Of a DNA stretch of 64,000 nt, positions 31,767 through 41,486 are shown piece after piece (within the stretch, counting starts at the first letter, position 1; every line of letters begins with the position of its first letter). The stretch lies in the NCBI GenBank assembly GCA_041656735.1, contig JBBACY010000008.1, forward strand, positions 4,041 to 68,040, written 5' to 3'. The translations under genes and the position numbers were made by a program. The notes under the pieces were generated by a model, which saw only the letters and a list, made by a program, of their open reading frames with translations, did not search any database and was not told where the DNA came from. The stretch is from Bacteroidales bacterium (GTDB lineage Bacteria > Bacteroidota > Bacteroidia > Bacteroidales > Tenuifilaceae).

Positions 31767-32174
31767 TTACTTAATTCTTTCAAATAGGTACCGAAGTTCA
31801 ATATCTCCGGTTAGCGTATTTGTAATAGTGTAGTAAACATGCATTTTGTTATAGTCGGAGTATACAATGGTAAAGGTTACATCTCCCTCTTCAGCATCGC
31901 TTAGCGTTAATTCTGTTTCAGAAGCTGTCCAAGTGCCAGCTTTCGCTCTGCCATCAACATTAACAAACAGGAACGTTTCGTTTCTGTCGAGATGCAGTAC
32001 AGATTGTGCAAGAAAAACGTTGGGAGGAAAGTTTACCTGTCTGTCGGCAATAACGCTAACTACTTCCCATTCTCCTGTTAAAATCTGTACGTTTGTTGGT
32101 TCTTCGGGTTCCATACAACCATTCATAAGAATAGCAAGCCCAAAGAATGCAATAATATACTTTAGTTTATTCAT
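31767..32174 (-). CDS. Lipocalin-like lipoprotein
   Basis: Lipobox LMNGC; LTGEWEV and GTWT motifs of bacterial lipocalin-like barrels. Confidence 0.7.
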   Translation of the reverse strand: MNKLKYIIAFFGLAILMNGCMEPEEPTNVQILTGEWEVVSVIADRQVNFPPNVFLAQSVLHLDRNETFLFVNVDGRAKAGTWTASETELTLSDAEEGDVTFTIVYSDYNKMHVYYTITNTLTGDIELRYLFERIK

Positions 32175-32186
32175 AGTGTGTGCTGT

Positions 32187-35100
32187 TTAAAATTTAATAA
32201 ACTGTTGAACTTTTACTTCCTGCTTGCCAATTACATGAACAATGTAGGCTCCATTATTAAACTTGCTGATTGGAATCGCATACCTTAGTTCAGAGTCAGC
32301 TTTCACAACCTCTTTGTCAAAAACCACCTCTCCGCTTATGTTCAGTATTCTGATTCTTACGGTCTCATCGTCTGCGTTAGCAAAGTTTATGGTAATTATA
32401 TCACTTGCAGGGTTGGGGAATAACGATAGCGTGGTGGCTGTAACCTTTTCAGGTTCCTTTTCGGCAGGACCATTTCCAATAGATGATTCTATTGTACAAC
32501 CATCATAGGTTTCTACAACCACTTTATACTTGGCGTCGTCGTAAATGTTGAGTGTGCGTGAATCGCCACCGTAGTTAATAATCTTATCGTTACGGTACCA
32601 CTGGTAAGTACTTGCGTCAGCCTCCTTAATTGAAGCGATAAGCGTGTTGCCATTCACATCAATGTATAAATCGTGAACGGAGACCTCTTTAAATGATGTA
32701 GAATATACCGAACCGCACATCTGTTCGTTGTTGCGTGTTGCTATAACGCCCAGCTTGGTATTTTTAGTTAGTACATCGGAGGTTAAGATTACTGAACTTT
32801 GGTTTCCAGCAAGAACGGCCTTACCTGTTGGTTTCTTAGTTTGCCAATTGTAAAGTTGATACCTAACATCATTTTCAAGAATGCCTAAGTTTACCTGTGC
32901 AGCTCCGGGCTCACAAAGTACTCCATCTATTAAGTTGAAGTTAGGAGAATTTGGCCTCTTGTGAATGGTGAAATTTGCTGTGAAAGGATCAGATATTTCA
33001 GAGCACACGCCTACATTTAGGTCAAATGCTTGGTTCGATACTTCTACCCAATAAGTTCCGTTTTCATATATCTCAAGGGTATTTGAATTTGCACCTTCGA
33101 CGGTTGTTCCGTTTTTATACCATTTGTAGTATTCATATTCATCAGATGTAGTAAGGGTAGCAAAATCGCCTTCGCAAATTTCCTGTGAGCCTTCAAACGT
33201 AATAACCGGTTTTGTTGGTTTTTCAACAACCGTTATTTGTACCATATCAGAAGTGTAATCAGTGCAATTACCGTGCTTGTAAATCGCATAGTACTCTCCA
33301 GTGGCAGCAAAATAGTTAATTGGCGCTTTGGTATTATTACGATACCAGTTTATTTCACCAGTAACTGGTCCCTCCTTTGTGTTGTCGTACAAGCGGAGAG
33401 AAAGATCGTTAGAGCCTTCACAAACGGTAAAGTCTTCGTTTCCAGTAACATCCTTCCAGTAGCCAGGGCCTATTTCGCTGCTAGCCCAGCTGTATTGGAT
33501 AGTTATATCGCGGGTATTGAATACAGCCTGATCGTTAGCCAAATAGGTTTGGCAGGTTAGGCTATTATCGTTGTTGTGCGAAGTTACTATAACCTCAACA
33601 AGAGTACGTTCGGTAATTGTACCTATGTTTATTTCAAGAATTCCTTCCGCATCATCTCCTGCAGTCGGATACCACACAGGGTAGGTGTTACTGTTCAATA
33701 GGTTTTTGTCTTTACTATCAACAAATACGGGCTCGCCAATTAGGTCGCCAGTAATTACGTTGCGAAGCTGGTATGTAAAGTACTCCCTAATATTACTAAT
33801 AACAACTATACGTTCTTCGTCGGTGCAAGAGTAGTGCTCTTCGTCACCATAACTTTGAGCTGATACCACAGGTTTAGCACTCTCAATGGGTGCAATAATC
33901 TCAACGCCCAAGGTCGACGCGTCATCACTGTATATAGAGAATGTAGTCTCTTCATCAAATTCGAAATCCTCAATATTTAAGTTGAATTTAATATTGGAGC
34001 CCGATATTAATTCGTCGAGTTGCCCTAAGGGCAGGCTAACTGTACCAGTACCCTCAGTAATTCCAGGGAACACTAATTTTTTTCCTCCAATTTCACAATC
34101 GTAATAAGTTCCACCATCGTCATCAGTGTAATCTATCCACGCTACATTTTTCTCGCCAAAACGACCCCTAATGTTGTAGGTAAAATCTATAGTGCTATTA
34201 GGGCAAACCGTTAAGTTGTTGGCAGTTAAGTCGATACGCTGTGGTGAAATGTTCTGTTCGTATACAATTGGTCGTATCGGAACCCCAATCGGATTGAGTG
34301 CCCATATTAACTCAATATTCCTAATTTCAACTAAACCGTTTGACTCTTCAACCCTCCAACGAAGGATAGTTTCCTCGGTTTGGGCTTCTTCCGGAAGCAG
34401 TATGTACTCATTAAACCAGCTGTCTAAATCTTCACCGTCAAAGAAAATAGGGTTGGTAAAACGAGCATCGGGGTATGTAGCAATATCAGTAAAAGTAACA
34501 CCCCCATCAACCGAGTACCCTAGTACAAGTTTTTGGTCGTCAGTTAAATCCTCCAGCTTGTTCTCAAACCTAACCTTAAATTCTATGGCTGAAAAGTTGG
34601 TTAGGTCTAGGTTGTTATCGTTACCGTTGGTGTATATCTGCTGTATTTCGCCCCAGCTATCAAGTTCAAAGCCACCCCAATAATCATAATAAACCCCATC
34701 CATGTCTGCTTCATACAGACTCATATTACCAAAGTTAGTTAATGGCTCACCAATTTCAACTAACACCTGTTCAAAGGTAGCGTTAACCATATATTCAACA
34801 TTACCGGAAATACTAGGATGTAAATTGGCAACAAAGTTTTCGTTAAGACCTTGCTTTTCATCAAGCACCCAAGTGTTTGAACCATCATCCATCACTAGGT
34901 AAAACCAGGTGTTGTCGTAGTTTGAAATGTCAATGGTGTTTTCAAGAGCTGCTGTAAACTCAACCTGTTGACCAGCAAAAACTACTGGGTTGGGATCAAC
35001 TGGAGTAATTCTGAGAGCATCGTTGAAAACATTGATAACGTTAACAAGACCCTCATTGTAAACCTCCCCGTTAAGGGTAGCAATGGCTCTAATACCATAT

Positions 35101-36284
35101 TCGTCTCGTCTTGTAAGGAATGGTATTGTAGCCTCATAATCGTCTGCTGAGTTTACAGAACCGAATGAAATGGTATTGCCAGTTGATGGGTCGATAGCAA
35201 AATCACCCTCACTAAAGTCCCACAAGAAGAATTCCACCTTAGTACCCGCAGGGAGTGGATCTTGTGCAGGTATAAGTGCCCAGGTGTACGTAAAGATGCT
35301 GCCATTAAAAAGAGTGGGCTCTAAACCCTCTTCCTTTTTAAGTGTCCATGTGTAGTTACTTAGTGTTGGCCAGGTTAGGTTAATATCTATAAAGTCTTGA
35401 AAACCTTCGTGAACGGTTGAGTTACCTGCTAATACCACAACATCCTCTATCATCCACCTGTCTTTATATTTCCCTCCATTTGCCTGCTGCCTCCACATAA
35501 AATGGGTGGCGCTGGTAGCATAATCCTGAGGAATTTCAACGATATAGGGTTTTGACCATGCGTTGTCGGCTAAAAAACCTTTCTCTTTAAAATCGCCGTC
35601 GGCAACAGCCAGTGGGGTAAAGGTTACGCCACCATCAATTGAAACTAGTAGCTGGGGTAAAGTGCTCTCCGAAATCAGGATGTTATCGGCATAGTAATTA
35701 AACGAAAGGAATGATTTATTTGGACCAGCTAGGTCGAAAGCCTTAGTTACTAGCTTACGGTTACCCTCTTGGTCAATCCAGTAATCAACAGCATGTTCGT
35801 TTTCCTGCCCTTGTATAACTAAAAAGTCTTCATCTTCTAGTGGGCCATAAACCTTGTTGTTAAGTACAAGCTCATTGCCTTTGTAGGCAACAATGCCCAG
35901 TTCGTAATTGCTAATAAAGTGGCTTGAAGTGGGGTTTGTTAAATCTTCGAACCACCAGGGGTTGCTAATCATTTTAGCATTTTCAATAAGCTCGCTTATC
36001 CCCACGATAGTTGATTCTTTAAGTATTTTGTGCCTTACGGTACCATCAGTATCTACAGTTGCCTTAACTACTGCTGCAAACTTCACCGTTGAAGGCCATG
36101 TGCCTGTGGCCGAGTAGGTAATGTTAAACTCTTCCTCTATCTCGTAGGTGGCACCACTTGTAGGGTCGTCTAGCGTTAAGCTCTGAGCATTGGCGAATGG
36201 TGCTGGTGCTATAAACAGTATAACCATTATCCATGTGCTGAGCCTGCCGAAAATATTTCGTGTATTATTTTTCATATTAAACAC
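32187..36284 (-). CDS. Large T9SS type A cargo protein (1365 aa): two Asp-box jelly-roll domains, Ig-like repeats, CTD
   Basis: Signal peptide; CTD LSLFPNPASDIITI...GAYIVHVI...VQQFIKF; Ig-like EICEGDFATLT...YKWYKNG...GTYWVEV; Asp-boxes SIDGGVTF and SVDGGVTF. Confidence 0.9.
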   Translation of the reverse strand: MFNMKNNTRNIFGRLSTWIMVILFIAPAPFANAQSLTLDDPTSGATYEIEEEFNITYSATGTWPSTVKFAAVVKATVDTDGTVRHKILKESTIVGISELIENAKMISNPWWFEDLTNPTSSHFISNYELGIVAYKGNELVLNNKVYGPLEDEDFLVIQGQENEHAVDYWIDQEGNRKLVTKAFDLAGPNKSFLSFNYYADNILISESTLPQLLVSIDGGVTFTPLAVADGDFKEKGFLADNAWSKPYIVEIPQDYATSATHFMWRQQANGGKYKDRWMIEDVVVLAGNSTVHEGFQDFIDINLTWPTLSNYTWTLKKEEGLEPTLFNGSIFTYTWALIPAQDPLPAGTKVEFFLWDFSEGDFAIDPSTGNTISFGSVNSADDYEATIPFLTRRDEYGIRAIATLNGEVYNEGLVNVINVFNDALRITPVDPNPVVFAGQQVEFTAALENTIDISNYDNTWFYLVMDDGSNTWVLDEKQGLNENFVANLHPSISGNVEYMVNATFEQVLVEIGEPLTNFGNMSLYEADMDGVYYDYWGGFELDSWGEIQQIYTNGNDNNLDLTNFSAIEFKVRFENKLEDLTDDQKLVLGYSVDGGVTFTDIATYPDARFTNPIFFDGEDLDSWFNEYILLPEEAQTEETILRWRVEESNGLVEIRNIELIWALNPIGVPIRPIVYEQNISPQRIDLTANNLTVCPNSTIDFTYNIRGRFGEKNVAWIDYTDDDGGTYYDCEIGGKKLVFPGITEGTGTVSLPLGQLDELISGSNIKFNLNIEDFEFDEETTFSIYSDDASTLGVEIIAPIESAKPVVSAQSYGDEEHYSCTDEERIVVISNIREYFTYQLRNVITGDLIGEPVFVDSKDKNLLNSNTYPVWYPTAGDDAEGILEINIGTITERTLVEVIVTSHNNDNSLTCQTYLANDQAVFNTRDITIQYSWASSEIGPGYWKDVTGNEDFTVCEGSNDLSLRLYDNTKEGPVTGEINWYRNNTKAPINYFAATGEYYAIYKHGNCTDYTSDMVQITVVEKPTKPVITFEGSQEICEGDFATLTTSDEYEYYKWYKNGTTVEGANSNTLEIYENGTYWVEVSNQAFDLNVGVCSEISDPFTANFTIHKRPNSPNFNLIDGVLCEPGAAQVNLGILENDVRYQLYNWQTKKPTGKAVLAGNQSSVILTSDVLTKNTKLGVIATRNNEQMCGSVYSTSFKEVSVHDLYIDVNGNTLIASIKEADASTYQWYRNDKIINYGGDSRTLNIYDDAKYKVVVETYDGCTIESSIGNGPAEKEPEKVTATTLSLFPNPASDIITINFANADDETVRIRILNISGEVVFDKEVVKADSELRYAIPISKFNNGAYIVHVIGKQEVKVQQFIKF

Positions 36285-36313
36285 AGTTTTAGTTTATGTA
36301 ATAATTTAACGGA

Positions 36314-36952
36314 TTAAAATCTAAAGCCAACGCGAAAAACCCTACTTAAGTCAATTTTAAATGCCGATCCCTTGGATGCTCCGAGGTAAAGGTCGTTTCC
36401 GTAGAGTACTTCGGCGTGGTTTGTATAGGTGTATGCCAAGCCAAATTCGGTACCAAGGTATAAGCTGCCACCGATGTATATATCAGCACCACCTACAATG
36501 CTTCCACCATACGACATGTAACTCCGGTTGGTGTAGTTTTGGATATTGTGAATATCCCATGTGCCCGTTATGGGTACACCTGCTTTGGTGTCGAAATTTC
36601 GGTCAGCATAGTCGAATATTAGCTCTGCTCCAACGTATGCTGAGAAAGCACCAGCTTCGGAAGCGAGGTGGTATTCAACTCCTGGCCTAGCCGAAAAGTA
36701 GAGGTAATTGAAGGTTGATTCAGGCACTTGCTGCTCGCTTGCAAAATCGGCCCAGCCTGATAGCCGAATTGCTATCGCATCAGAAATGAAATACCTAAAC
36801 TTAACGAACGTGGGTGTTATAAAAACCTCATCTTGGACAAAGATGTTACCGTTTAATTCAGCGGTAACTCCTCCGCCTTGTTCCTGTGAGAATACACTCA
36901 AGTTGGCAAGTAGAAGTATTGTGGTTAGCAATAGTAAGATTTTTTTCCTCAT
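36314..36952 (-). CDS. Outer-membrane beta-barrel protein
   Basis: Signal peptide, alternating amphipathic strands, C-terminal VGFRF. Confidence 0.8.
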   Translation of the reverse strand: MRKKILLLLTTILLLANLSVFSQEQGGGVTAELNGNIFVQDEVFITPTFVKFRYFISDAIAIRLSGWADFASEQQVPESTFNYLYFSARPGVEYHLASEAGAFSAYVGAELIFDYADRNFDTKAGVPITGTWDIHNIQNYTNRSYMSYGGSIVGGADIYIGGSLYLGTEFGLAYTYTNHAEVLYGNDLYLGASKGSAFKIDLSRVFRVGFRF

Positions 36953-37562
36953 AAATTTTAGATTTTAAATTAGTTAAACATTAAGTTAAGTTTTTAAGGT
37001 TAAACATTAAACAACAGAATATGTAATCAAAAATAGGCTCGATATTTTTTTTATTTTTCCTATTCCTTAGCAAAGGTAAAATAAAAATACAATTAGGTTC
37101 AAAGTTTTAGCTAATTTATTTTGTATTAAAAAAAATCATTTTCAGTTTGTTAGGGCGATGTTTTTTATTGAATAATTGATTGGGTAGAATTGGACACCGC
37201 TTTTAATGGTGTTTTTAGTTGTTGTGTAATTGTCCGTTTACCAGACTATTGTCGCGATGATACGATTTTGTTAGAAACATAATATGGGTTAGAGCGTAAC
37301 AAAATCCATCGCTAATTAAATTTTAATGGAATACAATTGAACAATCTTTCACAGTTTTAATGAATTGTTCCGATCACCAACGATTGTATTTTTTGTTTCT
37401 TTACAGCAGAGTTCTCCTGTCCAATAATTTCACACTTTAGTATTGTTAAACCGATTTATTTTAGTTTGATGTTTTTGCTATTAGTCAGGCTGAAGAATTA
37501 AAATTTCCCGGTAAAACATTATTGTTATGCGTTTCATTGCCAGATATTAAATCAATATTAGC

Positions 37563-37570
37563 TATCTTTG
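37563..37570 (+). promoter_or_regulatory. -7 promoter element of the thrS operon
   Basis: TATCTTTG 30 nt upstream of the thrS ATG. Confidence 0.65.
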
Positions 37571-37600
37571 CAAGCGTTTTTTTAATGAAAAATACCTACT

Positions 37601-39535
37601 ATGATAAATATTACTTTTCCAGATGGCAGTGTACGTGAGTTTGACAGTGGTGTAACTGGGCTCGACATTGCAAAAAATATATCGGAGCGCTTGGCAAAAG
37701 AAGTGCTCTCAATTACAGTGAATGGTGAGGTATGGGATTTGACGCGTTCAATTAATACCGATGCTTCAATAAAACTGCATAAATGGGACGATGAGGAGGC
37801 GAAGCACGCCTACTGGCACTCTTCAGCACACCTTATGGCCGAGGCCGTTGAGGCATTGTACCCAGGGGTTAAACTGGGTATTGGGCCTAGTATCGAAAAT
37901 GGGTTTTACTACGATATCGACTTTGGCGACTATTCAATTTCCGAGTCCGATTTGACAAAGATTGAGGCGAAGATGCTTGAGTTAACTAAGGCGAAGGAGG
38001 CTATCACTCGTAAAGATGTGACGAAGGCAGAGGCTCTGAAAACATATACAGAAAAAGGTGATCCCTATAAGGTTGAACTGATAAATTCGTTAGACGACGG
38101 AACCATAACCTTTTATACTCAAGGAAACTTTACCGACTTGTGTCGGGGCCCTCACTTGCCCGATACCAGCTATATAAAAGCCTTTAAACTTCTATCAATA
38201 GCTGGAGCATACTGGCGTGGAAATGAGAATAATAAGCAGTTAACCCGTCTATACGGCATATCATTCCCCAAAAAATCGATGCTCGATGAGTATTTGGTTA
38301 TGCTTGAAGAAGCCAAAAAACGCGACCACCGAAAAATTGGTAAAGAACTCGAACTTTTCACCTTCTCGCAGAAAGTAGGACAGGGGTTACCCCTCTGGCT
38401 GCCTAAGGGTGCACAGCTTCGCGAGCGTCTTGAGATGTTCCTGAAAAAAGTTCAAAAAAAATATGGTTACGAACAGGTTATAACGCCTCATATTGGTCAA
38501 AAGGAACTTTACGTAACATCGGGGCATTATGCAAAATATGGGGAGGATTCGTTTCAACCAATTCACACACCAGCCGAAGGCGAGGAGTTTTTACTGAAAC
38601 CGATGAACTGTCCGCATCACTGCGAGATATACAAGTTTAAACCCCGTTCGTATAAGGATTTACCCGTTCGTATGGCCGAGTTTGGCACTGTGTATCGTTA
38701 CGAGCAGAGTGGAGAGCTACACGGTCTTACTAGGGTACGTGGTTTTACTCAGGACGATGCCCATATTTTTTGTCGTCCCGACCAGCTCGAAGAAGAATTT
38801 ATTAAGGTTATCGATATTGTACTTTACATCTTTAAAACGTTAGATTTTAAAGAGTTTACAGCACAAATTTCGTTGCGCGACCCGAACGATAAGGAAAAGT
38901 ATATAGGAAGCGATGAGAACTGGGATAAGGCCGAGCATGCTATCCTTTCAGCAGTTAAACTTAAAGGGTTAACCACCACAACCGTACTTGGTGAGGCCGC
39001 ATTTTATGGTCCAAAGCTCGACTTTATGGTTAAGGATGCCATTGGACGAAAATGGCAGTTGGGCACCATACAGGTTGATTACAACCTGCCCGAGCGGTTT
39101 GAGTTAGAGTATATTGGTGCCGACGATAAGCGCCATCGTCCCATTATGATTCACCGCGCACCCTTCGGATCAATGGAGCGCTTTGTTGCCGTTCTAATTG
39201 AGCATTCGAGCGGCAAGTTTCCCCTATGGCTTGCTCCCGACCAGGTGGTTGTGTTACCCATTAGCGAAAAATTTAACGATTACGCAAAAAAAGTTGCTGA
39301 TTTCCTAAATAATTCCGATATTCGCACCCTAGTAGACGACAGGAACGAGAAAGTAGGTAAGAAGATAAGGGATAACGAGTTAAAGAGAATACCTTACCTG
39401 TTAATTGTCGGAGAAAAGGAAGCAAATGATAATCTAGTATCCGTTCGCCAGCAGGGCGAAGGAGATAAAGGGCAGATGAGTACCAATGATTTTGCCAATT
39501 ATATTACCGAAGAGGTAAACAAACAGTTTAACTAG
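37601..39535 (+). CDS. thrS: Threonine--tRNA ligase
   Basis: TGS domain, [41 protein letters not shown]. Confidence 0.98.
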   Translation: MINITFPDGSVREFDSGVTGLDIAKNISERLAKEVLSITVNGEVWDLTRSINTDASIKLHKWDDEEAKHAYWHSSAHLMAEAVEALYPGVKLGIGPSIENGFYYDIDFGDYSISESDLTKIEAKMLELTKAKEAITRKDVTKAEALKTYTEKGDPYKVELINSLDDGTITFYTQGNFTDLCRGPHLPDTSYIKAFKLLSIAGAYWRGNENNKQLTRLYGISFPKKSMLDEYLVMLEEAKKRDHRKIGKELELFTFSQKVGQGLPLWLPKGAQLRERLEMFLKKVQKKYGYEQVITPHIGQKELYVTSGHYAKYGEDSFQPIHTPAEGEEFLLKPMNCPHHCEIYKFKPRSYKDLPVRMAEFGTVYRYEQSGELHGLTRVRGFTQDDAHIFCRPDQLEEEFIKVIDIVLYIFKTLDFKEFTAQISLRDPNDKEKYIGSDENWDKAEHAILSAVKLKGLTTTTVLGEAAFYGPKLDFMVKDAIGRKWQLGTIQVDYNLPERFELEYIGADDKRHRPIMIHRAPFGSMERFVAVLIEHSSGKFPLWLAPDQVVVLPISEKFNDYAKKVADFLNNSDIRTLVDDRNEKVGKKIRDNELKRIPYLLIVGEKEANDNLVSVRQQGEGDKGQMSTNDFANYITEEVNKQFN

Positions 39536-39572
39536 AAAACATAGTACTAACTAATCAAAGGAGGATTTAAGC

Positions 39573-40130
39573 ATAGCAGCACCAAGAATCAGAAAAGGTA
39601 AAGAGCAGGAAAGCAAATACCTTAAAAACGAACAGATTCGCGCCAGAGTAGTACGCGTTGCTGGAGATAATATTGAAAATTCAGGCATTATGTCCATTGA
39701 AGAAGCACGTAAACTTGCTGATGATATGGAACTGGATTTAGTACTAATTTCTGAAAAAGCCGATCCCCCCGTTTGTCGGATAATCGATTTTAAGAAATTT
39801 TTATATATACAGAAAAAGAAGCAAAAAGAAATTCGCTCTAACGCCCAAAAGGTTGTAGTTAAGGAAATTCGATTCGGCCCTAACACCGATGAGCATGATT
39901 ACAATTTTAAGTTAAAGCATGCTGAAAAATTTCTGGAGGAAGGATCAAAAGTAAAGGCCTTTGTGTTCTTTAAAGGTCGTACTATCCTATTTAAAGAAAA
40001 AGGTGAAATATTACTACTTAAATTTGCACAAGATCTAGAGGACGTTGGCAAGGTTGAGCAACTTCCAAAGCTAGAAGGAAAGCGAATGATAATGTTTTTA
40101 GCACCGAAGGTTGCGAAGAAGAAAAATTAG
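39573..40130 (+). CDS. infC: Translation initiation factor IF-3, non-canonical ATA start
   Basis: Frame of the 39690 ORF extends upstream (IAAPRIRKG...NEQIRA..VRV) to ATA 39573, with AAGGAGGA 7 nt upstream and an in-frame TAA at 39552; [18 protein letters not shown]. Confidence 0.92.
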   Translation: MAAPRIRKGKEQESKYLKNEQIRARVVRVAGDNIENSGIMSIEEARKLADDMELDLVLISEKADPPVCRIIDFKKFLYIQKKKQKEIRSNAQKVVVKEIRFGPNTDEHDYNFKLKHAEKFLEEGSKVKAFVFFKGRTILFKEKGEILLLKFAQDLEDVGKVEQLPKLEGKRMIMFLAPKVAKKKN

Positions 40131-40158
40131 ATTTTTTAACTAATCATAAATAAGGAGA

Positions 40159-40356
40159 ATGCCTAAAGTAAAAACAAATTCCGGAGCAAAAAAGCGTTTT
40201 GCACTAACCGGAACAGGGAAAATTAAGCGCAAACACGCTTATAAGAGCCATATCCTTACTAAAAAAACCACCAAGCAAAAGCGAAACCTTACGCAAACTG
40301 GTTTAGTTAGCAAGGCCGACTCTAATAACATTAAGAAACTGTTAGCGCTTAAGTAA
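40159..40356 (+). CDS. rpmI: 50S ribosomal protein L35
   Basis: [20 protein letters not shown]. Confidence 0.97.
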   Translation: MPKVKTNSGAKKRFALTGTGKIKRKHAYKSHILTKKTTKQKRNLTQTGLVSKADSNNIKKLLALK

Positions 40357-40461
40357 GGCGTTAGTGCTTTACTTAAATTTATTATTTATTAATTTCAGAG
40401 TGCATTAGCTTAAAAGATTTCGAAATAGTCGAAACGCTAACCATTCGTAAAAGCAAAAATT

Positions 40462-40806
40462 ATGCCACGTTCAGTCAACGCAGTAGCGTCAAGGGCTAGA
40501 AGGAAAAAAATCCTTAAGCAAACAAAAGGTAACTTCTTAGCCAGAAGCAATGTTTATACCGTTGCTAAAAACACCCTCGAAAAGGGTTTGCTGTACGCTT
40601 ACCGCGACCGCAAGAAGAAAAAAGGAGATTTTAGATCACTTTGGATTCAACGTATTAATGCAGCCGCTCGCCTACACGGAATGTCTTACTCCGAGTTTAT
40701 GGGTAAAGTTAACGAAAAGGGAATTGCACTTAACCGCAAAGTTTTAGCCGATATGGCAATGAACCATCCCGAGGCTTTTAAAGCTGTTGTTGATTCATTG
40801 AAATAG
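40462..40806 (+). CDS. rplT: 50S ribosomal protein L20
   Basis: [42 protein letters not shown]. Confidence 0.98.
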   Translation: MPRSVNAVASRARRKKILKQTKGNFLARSNVYTVAKNTLEKGLLYAYRDRKKKKGDFRSLWIQRINAAARLHGMSYSEFMGKVNEKGIALNRKVLADMAMNHPEAFKAVVDSLK

Positions 40807-40825
40807 ATATAAAGACAATTGCAGG

Positions 40826-40858
40826 AAAGCAGAGTTGCATGCAACTCTGCTTTTTTTT
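40826..40858 (+). terminator. Intrinsic terminator after rplT
   Basis: AAAGCAGAGTTGC-AT-GCAACTCTGCTTT followed by a T-run. Confidence 0.85.
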
Positions 40859-40955
40859 GCTCTTTAATAAATATAGTAATACCAGATTTCATAAATAAAA
40901 TATTGTCATTACAACCGTTTTCACTATCTTTACAGCAATTTGAAATGAGAATATA

Positions 40956-41339
40956 ATGAGTAATTTACCACCATTAAGGATCCCAGATACACCAACCTCT
41001 CCAGAGATAATTCTCGACAAGGAGCAAAACAGGTTGGAGTTTTATGGTAAATCACTCCCCGAAGACTCTAATGAATTTTACAGCCCAATTATTAGCTGGC
41101 TTAAGGAGTATGTTGTTTCTCCCAATCGCGAAACTGTTGTGCTGTTTAAACTTGACTACTTCAACTCTTCCACATCAAAAAAACTGCTCGACATATTCTA
41201 TGTTCTCAATGAAATTCATCGTCAAAAAAAAGTGATTCTAATTCACTGGTATTACAGATCCGATGATGACGATATGCGTGAGTCAGGTGAAACATTTTCC
41301 GAACTAGTACCTATCCCTTTCAAATTAACACCATATTGA
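40956..41339 (+). CDS. SiaC/DUF1987-family protein
   Basis: TSPEI, GKSLPED..EFY.PI..WL, LDYFNSSTSK, WYY..DDDDM.E.GE.F. Confidence 0.85.
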   Translation: MSNLPPLRIPDTPTSPEIILDKEQNRLEFYGKSLPEDSNEFYSPIISWLKEYVVSPNRETVVLFKLDYFNSSTSKKLLDIFYVLNEIHRQKKVILIHWYYRSDDDDMRESGETFSELVPIPFKLTPY

Positions 41340-41486
41340 CAACGTTTACTCACACTGTTTAACGTTTTTTTAGCATAGCTCAGAAAAAATGTCAGGTGTG
41401 TTAAGGTGTGTTAAGTATAACCCTCTGTATATCATACGGCATAAGGTTTGTTCGTTTATTTGAGTAAACCTTTAAAAATAGTTGAT

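Noticed and set aside
36953-37600. Long AT-rich intergenic region as a hidden gene or mobile element
   Set aside because: No sizeable ORF, terminal repeats or clear structure; consistent with divergent promoters.
39551-39886. 111-aa minus-strand ORF
   Set aside because: Antisense shadow of infC.
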